From Candidatus Omnitrophota bacterium (GTDB taxonomy: Bacteria; Ratteibacteria; UBA8468; MWAK01), in the NCBI GenBank assembly GCA_043797665.1, contig JAZDPL010000047.1, positions 1-47,069 on the forward strand: a stretch of DNA of 47,069 bases. Reading direction: 5' to 3'. The number at the start of each line of letters is the position of its first letter. Within the stretch, counting starts at the first letter, position 1. A program made the position numbers and the translations under genes. The notes beneath the pieces were generated by a model. It was not told the DNA's origin. It made no database searches and saw only the letters and a program-made list of their open reading frames with translations. Positions 1 to 9,373 of the stretch are shown in pieces.

Positions 1-2
1 AG

Positions 3-52
3 GTAGGGGCTTGATTTATCAAGCCCGCGGGTCGGATAAATCCGACCCCTAC
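3..52. repeat. GTAG-tagged REP doublet
   Basis: GTAGGGGCTTGATTTATCAAGCCC-G-CGGGTCGGATAAATCCGACCCCTAC; differs by 1 nt from the copy at 28088-28137. Confidence 0.9.
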
Positions 53-93
53 AATTTTGATTGCAAAACAACTCCAAAAGGAAACCCTTTCCT

Positions 94-117
94 CCCCGTG
101 CTGCCGCACGGGGTATC
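94..117. repeat. GC-rich hairpin resembling an IS200/IS605 end (PATE-like)
   Basis: CCCCGTGC-TGCC-GCACGGGG followed by TATC. Confidence 0.45.
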
Positions 118-146
118 CAGGGTTTATTTTTCATGAAAGAGAGCGG

Positions 147-2648
147 ATGCTGAAGTCTAAAAAGATATTTGTCGTGCCGTACTGCCATGCGGACTGGGCC
201 TGGACCCATACCAGGTTGTGGCATGAGAAGCGTTACGACCTGGTCTTTAACGAAGTCCTGGACTTAATCAAAAAACACCCGGAATTCCGCTGGTATCTTG
301 ATAATTATATCTGTGAATTGAAGCCTTTTTTGAAATACTCACCGGAACGGATTCCCGAGTTGAAGAGGCGAATTGAAGAGGGTAAGGTTGGTGTCTGCGG
401 CGGGTTTGCCAATGTACGGACCAATATGGTAGGCGAGGAGACTTTTATCCGGAATCTGATTCTGGGACGGGAACGCTTTCAAGAACTCTTTCCCGGAGTG
501 GATTTATCGGTTCATGCGGACACTGTTGATGTGGCGGTGGGACATCCGCAGTTGCCTCAAATTCTGACGTTGGCTGGTTATAAATACTTTCGGTTCTGGC
601 GGCCGTTTGCCGCTCTTTCGGCCAAAAAGGTTCCTCTGGAATTTGTCTGGAGAGGTCTGGACGGCAGTAAGATTATTACCAGCCGCGGTTCCTATTCTGG
701 TTTAGGGTACCATAAAGCAATATTTAAGAATTTCCAAAAAGAGGTTGACTATGCCGCGGAACTTTCCCCGACCGGTGTCCGATGGCTAAGTCAGGGTACG
801 GATGACTGCCGTCCCCTGAGAACACCCTATACTGATTTCGAAATTCCCGTATTTGAACTTTTTCCGGAGTGGCGAAAGAAAAGAGGCGGTTCTATTTCGT
901 TTGGAACGCCGTTAGAATACTTTCAGGCGATTGAAAAAGAGCGGATGCCGGAAGTTTCCGGGACACTTGACCCCTGTGATGTCTGCTACAACGCTGCTTT
1001 TGGCGGGAGTAGAGGACTGTGGCGGTTAAGGTCTGAGATTGACCGGTCTTTACGGGAAGCGGAAACGTGGAGTGGGATTGCCCGCAATGACACATTATTT
1101 CAAAACCTCTGGGAAAAGTTGTTTATCGTCTGCAGCCACGCCACCCAGTGGCTATTTCAGAATGACTTTGATGAAATCTACTCTCTGGCAATTAACACAA
1201 AATATCACGCGGAGCAGATAAGGGATACGGCAATTCAGAGATTAAGTCAGGAAGTTTCCTTTCCTGAGGATACGGTCTGCCTGGTCTTCAACCACCTTCC
1301 GTTTGCCACAAGACGACAGGTCTCCTTTTTAATCGCCTCACCGGTAAAACTTCCCGGTTCGTTTAAGCTTAAAGACGGGAGGGGCAAGGAGATTCCCTGT
1401 CAGGTGTCTGACCGGCTCTGCGGGTTTGAAGCGGAAGTACTGGCGGAAGTTGATTTGCCGGCGGTCGGTTATAATATAGTGAGGATGGTGCCAGGGAAAA
1501 GAGCCTCCGGGAGGGAAAAAGACGAAACGAAAGCATGGAAACAGGCTAACGGGATTGGATTGGAGAACCGGAGTCTTAGACTGAAATTCCAGGCTCAGGA
1601 ATTGGTCCGGGTTGAGGAGAAAATAATCGGGAATAGTTATACCGCAAGTTCTGGAATCTCTTTTGGTCAGCCAATTCTCTTTGAGGTTGACCCTTCGGGT
1701 ATTTTGCACGTGGGTAAAATCCGTAAGAGGAGCCAACCCGAATGGTTTTCCGGCCGGGTTGTTACGGAAGGGCCCCTTAGGTCTACTTACCGCCGGGAAG
1801 GTAAATCCGGACATCACCCGATTAGTCAGGATATCTCCATTTTTACCGATAGACCGCTGGTTGAGTTTAAGACTCGGATAGACTGGCAGGGTATGGACGG
1901 ATTTCTGGCGTTGTTTAATCCGTTACCTTTCAAGAATGGTAAGATATTTGGTGATATTCCTTTTGGGGTGGAAGAAAAGAAGATTGACGCCGAACCGTAT
2001 GGAGATATGCCGGGTTTAAACTGGGATAACATCGAAAGATTAAGAACAGGGATGTTCTTTGCCAAAAGTTTTGTAGATTATACGGATGGCTTTAAAGGTA
2101 TGGCGCTTATCAGTAAAGACGGTGACCGTTACTTCCTTTTTGACCGGGAAACTCTCAGCCTGGGCCAGATTCTGGTAAATGGTATCCTGGACCAGTCCGG
2201 CTGGGAAAAGTACGTTAATTACCAGAGGAAGGCAATCGGTGAACATACCTTTACCGATTATCTCTATTTTCATTCCGGAGATTGGAAAAAAGGTAAGGTA
2301 TATCAAGAAGCGGAGGTTATCCGCTCAGAACCGTCGGTAATTTATTCTGGAGGGTCCAACCAAAAAACGAATAAAAGATATTTGCCATACCACTCGTTCC
2401 TTACGTTAAAACCGGACAATTTAATCCTGACCGCATTTTACCGGGAAGATGACCATTTTATCTGCCGTTTTTATGAGACCGGTGGAAGAGCAAGTCAGGG
2501 GAGATTAACACTTCCTTTTTTGGCCCGGCGGGCAATTCCGATAAATCTGTTGGGTGAGGAGGTCAAGGGGAGGGTAGAGGTGAAGAAGAGGGTGGTCAAT
2601 TTAAGGGTAAGACCCTGGCAGGTTCTTACTTTAAAGATATGGATATAA
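147..2648 (+). CDS. Glycoside hydrolase family 38 (alpha-mannosidase-like)
   Basis: N-terminal HADWAW metal motif, GEETFIRNL, HPQLPQIL, C-terminal RFYETGG and VRPWQVLT; start moved to ATG 147 because the ORF-track extension from 57 runs through a hairpin. Confidence 0.85.
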   Translation: MLKSKKIFVVPYCHADWAWTHTRLWHEKRYDLVFNEVLDLIKKHPEFRWYLDNYICELKPFLKYSPERIPELKRRIEEGKVGVCGGFANVRTNMVGEETFIRNLILGRERFQELFPGVDLSVHADTVDVAVGHPQLPQILTLAGYKYFRFWRPFAALSAKKVPLEFVWRGLDGSKIITSRGSYSGLGYHKAIFKNFQKEVDYAAELSPTGVRWLSQGTDDCRPLRTPYTDFEIPVFELFPEWRKKRGGSISFGTPLEYFQAIEKERMPEVSGTLDPCDVCYNAAFGGSRGLWRLRSEIDRSLREAETWSGIARNDTLFQNLWEKLFIVCSHATQWLFQNDFDEIYSLAINTKYHAEQIRDTAIQRLSQEVSFPEDTVCLVFNHLPFATRRQVSFLIASPVKLPGSFKLKDGRGKEIPCQVSDRLCGFEAEVLAEVDLPAVGYNIVRMVPGKRASGREKDETKAWKQANGIGLENRSLRLKFQAQELVRVEEKIIGNSYTASSGISFGQPILFEVDPSGILHVGKIRKRSQPEWFSGRVVTEGPLRSTYRREGKSGHHPISQDISIFTDRPLVEFKTRIDWQGMDGFLALFNPLPFKNGKIFGDIPFGVEEKKIDAEPYGDMPGLNWDNIERLRTGMFFAKSFVDYTDGFKGMALISKDGDRYFLFDRETLSLGQILVNGILDQSGWEKYVNYQRKAIGEHTFTDYLYFHSGDWKKGKVYQEAEVIRSEPSVIYSGGSNQKTNKRYLPYHSFLTLKPDNLILTAFYREDDHFICRFYETGGRASQGRLTLPFLARRAIPINLLGEEVKGRVEVKKRVVNLRVRPWQVLTLKIWI

Positions 2649-2666
2649 GGGGCAACCCCTAAGATG
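2646..2666 (+). repeat. GGGGCAACCCC mini-hairpin spacer
   Basis: TAAGGGGCAACCCCTAAGATG fills the stop-to-start gap; near-identical to 9824-9844 on the minus strand. Confidence 0.7.
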
Positions 2667-3125
2667 AAGATTAAATGGGTCAGAGAAATTGCGGAAAAAG
2701 AAGCGGTTGTTACCAGAGCCAAAAGAATAATCGGAGAATGGGGACTTGCGATGCCGGAAGAGGTGGTATTGGCGATGGACTTTGGTCTGGGAGATTTCTA
2801 CCAAACGGGCGAAATTGAGTTCTGGGTGGCTAACGAGACAAAAAACGGTTATTGCGGTAAGTTTCTTTTCCTTTTTGACCGCCAGACCTGTCCGGCTCAC
2901 CACCACAAAAAGAAACACGAGACCTTTTATATCGTGAAAGGTAGAGTCCGGATGAATGCGGGCAGGAAAAGTCTTGAGATGGCTCCGGGTGATTGTTACG
3001 CAATGTCACCAGGGGTGGTCCATACCTTTACCGCATCTGATGGTCCGGCTTTAATCCTTGAGGTTTCCAAACCCTGTGAACCAAAAGATAGTATCTTTGT
3101 CGATAAAAGAATCGGGAGGATATAA
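2664..3125 (+). CDS. D-lyxose/D-mannose-family sugar isomerase (cupin)
   Basis: DFGLGDF, YCGKFLFL, QTCPAHHHKKKHETF and EVS motifs. Confidence 0.85.
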   Translation: MKIKWVREIAEKEAVVTRAKRIIGEWGLAMPEEVVLAMDFGLGDFYQTGEIEFWVANETKNGYCGKFLFLFDRQTCPAHHHKKKHETFYIVKGRVRMNAGRKSLEMAPGDCYAMSPGVVHTFTASDGPALILEVSKPCEPKDSIFVDKRIGRI

Positions 3126-3220
3126 AAATGTCTATTTATTTCCCTGCACCAGCCGGGACACCGGTGAAAAGTGCTGTCAGGCGATAATAGATAATCTGGC
3201 GGAGTTTTTGAAAGAATATT

Positions 3221-4351
3221 ATGGGAAAGATATATAATGTGGGGATAATTGGTTTTGGATTTATCGGCAAGGTTCATGCCTATGCCTACCAGAACCTTAA
3301 ATTTTATTACCAGCCGGTTCCGCTGAAGACCAGGCTCTTTGGTGTTTGCACCGGCCATGCCGAAACAGCCCGGAGAGCAAAAGAAGAGTTTGGATTTGAA
3401 TTTGCCACCGACGATTTTCGACAATTGGTGGAACACCCGGAGATTGATATTGTCAATATCTGTTCGCCGAATATCTTTCACCGGGACCAGGTTTTGGCAA
3501 CAATAGCAACGGGAAAGCATATCTATTGTGATAAACCTCTGGTTTGCAGCAGTGTTGAAGCCGGGGAAGTGGAACAGGTTTTGAAAAGATATTCCGGTGT
3601 CCATCAAGTTACCTTTCATCTCCGTTTTTACCCGGCTACCCTGAAAGCGAAGGTTTTGATTGACCAGGGCTCTCTGGGACAGCCCATCTCTTTCCGTATC
3701 TCCTATTACCACTCCGGAAGTGTGGACCCCAAAAAGACGATGGGCTGGAAACAGGAGAAGGAGATGGGTGGAGGAGTGCTGACCGATTTGGGAAGCCACG
3801 CGGTTGACTTAGCCTGTTTTTTCTCAGGTGAGATGGAACAGGTACTTGGTTTTAGCCGGATACTTTATCCGGAACGTCCCACGAAAGAAGGAAAACGGAA
3901 GTCTGTGGAAGCGGAAGATTTAGCGATTATCAACGTTAAGATGAAGAATGGAAGTGTCGGCGTAATTGAAGTCTCTAAGGTCGCTACCGGTGCCCAGGAT
4001 GAGGTTCGTTTTGAAATTTACGGTACCGGCGGCGCTTTACGCTTCAATTCAATGGACCCCAACTTTCTTGAATTCTATGATCAGGCTGACCCGGATGAAC
4101 CGATGGGCGGGGAAGCCGGCTTTAAGAGGCTGGTTACCGTAGGCCGTTATCCCGCACCATCAAATGCTTTTCCGGGTCCGAAATTCAGTACCGGCTGGCT
4201 CAGGGGACATATTCATTGCCTGGAAAATTTTCTGGAATGTATCCGGGATAAACGTCAGGCAGTCCCTTCCTTTTATGACGGTATCTACAACGCCCGCCTC
4301 CTGGATAAGATAAGGCTTTCCGAAGCAAAATCTGCCTGGATTAAGGTATAA
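3221..4351 (+). CDS. Gfo/Idh/MocA family oxidoreductase
   Basis: GIIGFGFIG Rossmann motif, CDKPL, GGVLTDLGSH. Confidence 0.9.
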   Translation: MGKIYNVGIIGFGFIGKVHAYAYQNLKFYYQPVPLKTRLFGVCTGHAETARRAKEEFGFEFATDDFRQLVEHPEIDIVNICSPNIFHRDQVLATIATGKHIYCDKPLVCSSVEAGEVEQVLKRYSGVHQVTFHLRFYPATLKAKVLIDQGSLGQPISFRISYYHSGSVDPKKTMGWKQEKEMGGGVLTDLGSHAVDLACFFSGEMEQVLGFSRILYPERPTKEGKRKSVEAEDLAIINVKMKNGSVGVIEVSKVATGAQDEVRFEIYGTGGALRFNSMDPNFLEFYDQADPDEPMGGEAGFKRLVTVGRYPAPSNAFPGPKFSTGWLRGHIHCLENFLECIRDKRQAVPSFYDGIYNARLLDKIRLSEAKSAWIKV

Positions 4352-4368
4352 CTTCCTCCCACCGGGAT

Positions 4369-4398
4369 TTGACCGCAAGCCGAGAAAAACGCTATACT
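4369..4398 (+). promoter_or_regulatory. Putative sigma70 promoter for oppD operon
   Basis: TTGACC-N18-TATACT. Confidence 0.55.
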
Positions 4399-4409
4399 CT
4401 TCATTCAAT

Positions 4410-4497
4410 GTCATTCTGAACGCGGGTATCCTTACCGTTGAATCGGTAAGGGAGTGAAGAATCTGAAAGATAGATTCTTCGTTTCACTCAGAATGAC
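4410..4497. repeat. GTCATTCTGA-type (CGTC-tagged) REP doublet interrupted by a 30-bp element
   Basis: GTCATTCTGAACG...AGTGAAGAATCT / AGATTCTTCG...CTCAGAATGAC. Confidence 0.9.
4423..4452 (+). mobile_element. 30-bp micro-element, type A
   Basis: CGGGTA-TCCTTACCG-TTGAAT-CGGTAAGGG. Confidence 0.8.
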
Positions 4498-4527
4498 AGA
4501 AAAGGTAGTTTAGATTTTTATTCATAT

Positions 4528-5493
4528 ATGGTTTTAAGGGTTTCAGACCTGTACCTCTCTTCAGTCGAAGAAGGGAAAGAAAGAGAGATTTTACGCGGGG
4601 TGGATGTGAATATCGAGCCTGCAGAAACAATAGGATTGGTCGGCGAATCCGGAGCCGGTAAGTCTATGCTTACCCTTGCGATTATGGGACTTTTGCCTCC
4701 AACCGTAAAGGTTAAAAAGGGCCGGATTGAATTTTTAGGGAGAGAAATTCTGGATAAGCCGGAGGAACAGGCTGATATCCGGGGCCGCCGGATAGGGATT
4801 GTTTTTCAGGATCCCACCGCTTCCCTGGACCCTCTTTACCGGGTAGGCTGCCAGGTCGCTGAAGCTATGAAAGGCAAGGGAAGGAAAGGATGGAGAGAAA
4901 GAGTCCGTGACCTCTTTAGCCGGGTAGAATTTAAGGAACCGGAAACAATTCTTTACCGTTATCCGCATCAGCTTTCCGGCGGTGAGAAACAACGAATTAT
5001 GATTGCGATTGCCCTCAGTCAGGAACCCGCGTTACTTTTAGCGGACGAGCCGACCGCCTCCCTTGATATCAGAACCGGTCAAGGGATTATTTCCCTTTTG
5101 GGCCGGATTCAGGAAGAGATGCGTCTGGCGATACTCTTTATCAGTCATAATCTGCCGTTGGTGTCCCAGGTAGCCAGAAGGATTGCGATAATGTATGCGG
5201 GTCAAATTCTGGAGACCGGGTTTACCCGGGACGTTATGGAACATCCTTTACATCCTTACACCCGATTACTCTATGCCGCTCTTCCGGACCCCAAAAAGAA
5301 AGGGAGTCCTTTGGCTGCCGTACCCGGTTATCCGGAAAAAGGAAGAGTTTACCCCTGCATGCACCAGGCAGGGGTGGGGGCAGACATTTGTGTTTTTTAC
5401 CACCGGTGTCCGGAAAGAGATATTCGCTGTCAAGAGGGAATCCCTTCTCTGACCGAATTGACCCCGGGTCATTGGACCGCCTGTTTGAGATGA
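4528..5493 (+). CDS. Oligopeptide/dipeptide ABC transporter ATP-binding protein (OppD/DppD-like)
   Basis: GESGAGKS, LSGGEKQR, ADEPT, HPLHPYT, C-terminal Cys motif. Confidence 0.92.
   Translation: MVLRVSDLYLSSVEEGKEREILRGVDVNIEPAETIGLVGESGAGKSMLTLAIMGLLPPTVKVKKGRIEFLGREILDKPEEQADIRGRRIGIVFQDPTASLDPLYRVGCQVAEAMKGKGRKGWRERVRDLFSRVEFKEPETILYRYPHQLSGGEKQRIMIAIALSQEPALLLADEPTASLDIRTGQGIISLLGRIQEEMRLAILFISHNLPLVSQVARRIAIMYAGQILETGFTRDVMEHPLHPYTRLLYAALPDPKKKGSPLAAVPGYPEKGRVYPCMHQAGVGADICVFYHRCPERDIRCQEGIPSLTELTPGHWTACLR
5353..5382 (-). mobile_element. 30-bp micro-element, type B (degenerate), in frame in oppD
   Basis: CCCTGCATGCACCAGGCAGGGGTGGGGGCA encodes PCMHQAGVGA; compare PCLLHAGAGP in coaX. 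Confidence 0.65.
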
Positions 5494-7220
5494 AGATTAG
5501 AATAGAAGGGGTAGTAACCGCCGGCTTGTTCTTTCTTTTGAGTGTATTTACTTTCCGGGGTGCCTACGACTATACGCTTGCCAGACTTCTGGCGGTGGAT
5601 TTTATTGTTTGTATTTTAGCGCTCTTTTTTCTTATCCGGCGTCAGTCCTTTAGATTGCCTCTTCCGGTTCTTTTATCTTTTACCGCGTTCGTTTTCTCCA
5701 TTACCGTTGCCGTTGCTTTTTCTACGTTTCCGGCTGCCACCCAACGGGAATTGCCCCATGTCCTGATATATTTCTTCCTCTTTTTGCTTGGCAGCCAGAT
5801 GTCTTTTTCTTCTTTTTCGTTGACCGCCTGGTTTCTTGCCGTACTCACTCTCTGTGGGATTGCTTTAAAGGATTATTTTGGCCGCGGTACGATAGTTACA
5901 CCGTTGGGAAACAAGAATTTCTTTGCGGGCTATCTGCTTTTGATTCTACCTTTGGCAATAACTCTTTTCGGCGCCGGTTTATTGAATTGGAAGCCGGCAA
6001 ACAAGAGACATAAGACTGGAGGCACGGGCAAAAAATCCCCTTTTGCTGCTTCGCAACGACGGATTATTCTTTCCCGAGTGCTTACAGTCCTTTTATTCTG
6101 TATCGTTATCCTTTTTGTTGTTTTGCTCTTTCTGGCTGATTCTCAGGCATCCCAGGCCGGTCTGTTCTTTTCTCTTTTATTCCTGGCGGTTGTCTGGTTT
6201 ATCGATTTTCTCTTACCCCGCTTTAGTCTAAAAATACGCCGGGTTTTTTGGGTAATTGCCATTCTGGGTTTGCTTACCGCAGGTCTGTTAGGAGTTAAAA
6301 AGGGGGTTCCCTATATCCGCCAGAACGTTCGTTTTCCACTCTGGCAGGGAAGCGCGGCGATGCTCAAAGAGAAGCCCTGGTCCGGATTCGGACCGGGTAC
6401 TTTTTTAGCGGGTTTTCAACGGTTCAGGCCAAACAGTTACTATAACTTCGATGTTGCCGCACCCCTTTCTGACCACAGTCATAGTGAGTACCTGGAGTTA
6501 GGTTCGGAATGCGGTGTTCCGGTTTTGCTGACCTTTGTAATTTTCTTAGGGGTTATCTTCTGGATGTCATTCAAGCGGAGGAGACTGGATTACAGCCGCT
6601 GGCCCTTTAGCATGGGATTACTTGGCGGCGTCGCAGCCATTTTGTTTGATGGATTTTTTTCCACAAACTTGCGCACTTTTTCGGTGGTATCCCTTTTCTG
6701 GTTCCTCTTAGGGATTTGTGTGTCGGAACCGTCGCTGGATGTCGGAAGGGTTAAAGGTGGTGAAGGAAAGAAGATAAATGCAAAAGTGAGGAAGGCAGGA
6801 ATAAGCGAGGCGGTTTGGATAACCGTAATTTTAGGCGGTATCTTTTCGGGAGCGGTTCTCTTTCAGGAAATAAGGGGACAGGTATACTATAAAAGAGGCA
6901 TCGCCGCACGGGAAGCAGAGAACTGGTCCGAGGCCATCTTAAATTACCGGAAAGCGGTGCAGATGGACCCGGCTAACCTGCAGGCTTTTTATAAAATGGC
7001 TTTTGTTTATGCGAGCGCCGGTGATGCCAAAAACGCCATCAGGGTTTACCACGATATTTTACGCGTCAGTCCCAACTTTGCCAAGACATATTACAACTTG
7101 GCCCTTCTTTCTATCCGGTTGGGTAATAAGGAAGATGCCCTTAACTACCTGATTCTGAGTCTCAAATATAACTCTTACGATACAGACAGTCAGAATTTAC
7201 TCAAGTTTATTGGAGAATAG
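5490..7220 (+). CDS. O-antigen ligase (Wzy_C)-family membrane protein with C-terminal TPRs
   Basis: Many TM helices, GNKNFFAGYL, R..LW...PWSGFGPGTF, HSHSEYLE, TPR tail; ATGA overlap with oppD stop. Confidence 0.85.
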   Translation: MKIRIEGVVTAGLFFLLSVFTFRGAYDYTLARLLAVDFIVCILALFFLIRRQSFRLPLPVLLSFTAFVFSITVAVAFSTFPAATQRELPHVLIYFFLFLLGSQMSFSSFSLTAWFLAVLTLCGIALKDYFGRGTIVTPLGNKNFFAGYLLLILPLAITLFGAGLLNWKPANKRHKTGGTGKKSPFAASQRRIILSRVLTVLLFCIVILFVVLLFLADSQASQAGLFFSLLFLAVVWFIDFLLPRFSLKIRRVFWVIAILGLLTAGLLGVKKGVPYIRQNVRFPLWQGSAAMLKEKPWSGFGPGTFLAGFQRFRPNSYYNFDVAAPLSDHSHSEYLELGSECGVPVLLTFVIFLGVIFWMSFKRRRLDYSRWPFSMGLLGGVAAILFDGFFSTNLRTFSVVSLFWFLLGICVSEPSLDVGRVKGGEGKKINAKVRKAGISEAVWITVILGGIFSGAVLFQEIRGQVYYKRGIAAREAENWSEAILNYRKAVQMDPANLQAFYKMAFVYASAGDAKNAIRVYHDILRVSPNFAKTYYNLALLSIRLGNKEDALNYLILSLKYNSYDTDSQNLLKFIGE

Positions 7221-7223
7221 AAT

Positions 7224-7472
7224 ATGGGAAAAAAGTGTGCCGTTTGCGGGAAGAGCAGAAAACCGGGAATGCTGCTGAGCCATTCTCACCACCGGACCAA
7301 GAAATTTTTTGGAGCCAATCTTCAGAAGGTCCGGACAAAAGATGGTTCTGTTCTGGTTTGCTCCCGGTGTCTGAAGAGCGGGAAAGTAATTAAGAGGCCC
7401 TTAAACAAAAGGGGGTTAGGGGCAACTTCCTTAGCTACCCCTATGGTTAACCGCTCTCCCGTAAACTCTTGA
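7224..7472 (+). CDS. rpmB: 50S ribosomal protein L28 (Zn-binding form) with C-terminal extension
   Basis: CAVCGK..SHSHHRTKKFF.ANLQKV..VCSRCLKSG. Confidence 0.92.
   Translation: MGKKCAVCGKSRKPGMLLSHSHHRTKKFFGANLQKVRTKDGSVLVCSRCLKSGKVIKRPLNKRGLGATSLATPMVNRSPVNS
7417..7443 (-). repeat. GGGG-CAAC-family hairpin just 3' of recJ (possible terminator)
   Basis: Minus strand TAGGGGTAGCT-AAGGA-AGTTGCCCCTA pairs with two G-U. Confidence 0.5.
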
Positions 7473-9132
7473 TTGTTAATTCAATCTGGGATAGGCCTTC
7501 GTTAACGGCGAGTTTTGAGGTATAGGCAGCGTCAACCTGTAAACCAGCCGGCAGCGCAGTCTGAAGTCTACTTAACCCGAACCCGATCGCCTGCCGGAAA
7601 GTCTTTTCATCGCGCAGCCATAATTTCAGATGCTTGTTGCCCACTATCTGGCTATATCGTTGAACCTCTAAGTTTAAACTGGCTAAAATCGGCGCCGGGT
7701 TGTCCTGACCGTATGGTGCCAGCATCTCCATTTCCCGGACCAGTTCCGGGGTAACTTCCGCCAATGGCAATAAAACCTCAATTCTAACTTTTTCCTTCAG
7801 GGTCTCCGGCGTTATCCTTTTCTCCGCAAAATTCATAAGCGATTTCCTGAAGGCTTCCATATTTTGGAGGTCGAGAGTAACCCCGACCGCCTTATGATGA
7901 CCGCCATAGTTTATTAAAAGAGAACGGGATGCCTGGACCGCTTCAAAGAGGTTAAATCCCGGTATGGAACGACCGCTTCCTTTTGCGGCGTGCCCTGTAA
8001 GGGTAAAGACAATAGTGGGGCGGTTATAGCGTTCGGCAATCTTTCCGGCTACGATGCCTAATATTCCCTGGTGCCAGTCCTCTTTTCCCAGAATGATTAT
8101 CGGACATTCGTTCAGATTACCTTCTTCAATTTCCCGGCAGGCTTCGGTGAGAACTTTTTTTTCTATGCGCTGGCGTTCGCGGTTGTTTCGTTCTAATCTT
8201 TCCGCAATGGACATTCTTTCGCTGTCGTCCTCGGTAAGGAAAATCTGGAGAGCCAAATCAGCGTCTGAGATTCGTCCGGCGGCGTTGATACGTGGACCAA
8301 AGATGTAACTTATCGCGTAAGTATCAACACTTTCCGGTCGGAGACCCGCCTGGGCAGACAATTGACGAAAGGCCGGTCGGTTAAGAGCCTGCAACGTTTT
8401 TAAACCCAAAAAAGAAAGGGTCCGGCTTTCGCCCAAAAGAGGTACCCGGTCGGCAATAGTACCGGTCGCCACCAGGTCCAGGTATTCCTGTATTGACTCA
8501 TCATCGGAAGCAATTGCCCGGACCAGTTCAAATGCTACACCTACTCCGGAAAGAGACTTCATCTCTTCTTTCCATCCTAAATGAGGATTTACCAGAGGGA
8601 TTTCTTCCGGCAGGTCGTCACCGGGCAGGTGGTGGTCGGTTACGATTAAATCTAATCCGATTTCCCGGGCTTTTTTTACGACACTTCCCGCGCTGGTTCC
8701 GCAGTCCACCGTAATTACCAGTTTTATTCCCTGTTTTTTTGCCTCAATCAGCGGATTAAGATGGAGACCGTATCCTTCTTCAATCCGGCGGGGCAGGTAG
8801 GTAAAGACCGGGCACCCTTTTTTACGTAAAAAGAGGGTAAGAAGCGCGGTTGCAGTTACTCCGTCGGCATCGTAGTCACCGTAGATTAAGACCGGTTCTT
8901 TTTCTTTCCGGGCTTTTTTGATTCTTATTACCGCTTCTTCCATCCCGGGCAGGTCAAAGGGGTCGTTCAAGGTTTTCCAGTCCGGCTGGAGGAAAGAACG
9001 TCCGTTCCGGACTTCGTTAATGCCCCGGTTGATTAACAGTGCGGCTAAAAAGGGGGAGACCGATAATTTTTTTGCCAGTTCTAATTTGAGGTCTTCATCC
9101 TGAGCGATAAATTCCCATACCTTATTGTCCAT
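7447..9132 (-). CDS. recJ: ssDNA-specific exonuclease RecJ
   Basis: GDYDADG, TVDCG, TDHH, GPRINAAGR, GSGRS, GGH motifs. Confidence 0.97.
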   Translation of the reverse strand: MDNKVWEFIAQDEDLKLELAKKLSVSPFLAALLINRGINEVRNGRSFLQPDWKTLNDPFDLPGMEEAVIRIKKARKEKEPVLIYGDYDADGVTATALLTLFLRKKGCPVFTYLPRRIEEGYGLHLNPLIEAKKQGIKLVITVDCGTSAGSVVKKAREIGLDLIVTDHHLPGDDLPEEIPLVNPHLGWKEEMKSLSGVGVAFELVRAIASDDESIQEYLDLVATGTIADRVPLLGESRTLSFLGLKTLQALNRPAFRQLSAQAGLRPESVDTYAISYIFGPRINAAGRISDADLALQIFLTEDDSERMSIAERLERNNRERQRIEKKVLTEACREIEEGNLNECPIIILGKEDWHQGILGIVAGKIAERYNRPTIVFTLTGHAAKGSGRSIPGFNLFEAVQASRSLLINYGGHHKAVGVTLDLQNMEAFRKSLMNFAEKRITPETLKEKVRIEVLLPLAEVTPELVREMEMLAPYGQDNPAPILASLNLEVQRYSQIVGNKHLKLWLRDEKTFRQAIGFGLSRLQTALPAGLQVDAAYTSKLAVNEGLSQIELTIKSLRESG

Positions 9133-9358
9133 CGAAAATCTTCTTCAATTCCTCCGAAGTGATTTCAGAAGGGTTGACTTCTTCGAAAGCGGTCTCTCCG
9201 ATTACCAGGGCGGGAATACGTCCGACGTTGTGATAAGCCATTTCCATCAGTCCTTCAGTCGTCTCAGTATCATAATAGGTGAAAGGAAGGGAAAGAGCGT
9301 CCAGTTTTCTTTTCCACCCTTCACAAAGGGAACAGCCTTTTTTCCCGAACAAAATCAT
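9122..9358 (-). CDS. Small thioredoxin/glutaredoxin-like protein
   Basis: CSLC motif near N terminus, IPALVI cis-Pro region. Confidence 0.75.
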   Translation of the reverse strand: MILFGKKGCSLCEGWKRKLDALSLPFTYYDTETTEGLMEMAYHNVGRIPALVIGETAFEEVNPSEITSEELKKIFDGQ

Positions 9359-9373
9359 TTTTTATCCACCCTT

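Noticed and set aside
57..146. N-terminal extension of the GH38 ORF
   Set aside because: TTG start beside a REP and running through a hairpin; family similarity begins after ATG 147.
3140..3185. GGGACACCGGTGAAAAGTGCTGTC resembles part of a cobalamin riboswitch
   Set aside because: The pairing TCCGG strand and B12 box are missing, the spacer is only 95 bp and the downstream gene is unrelated.
2996..3799. 267-aa antisense ORF and the many other shadow ORFs
   Set aside because: They lie opposite or within well-supported genes and show no family motifs.
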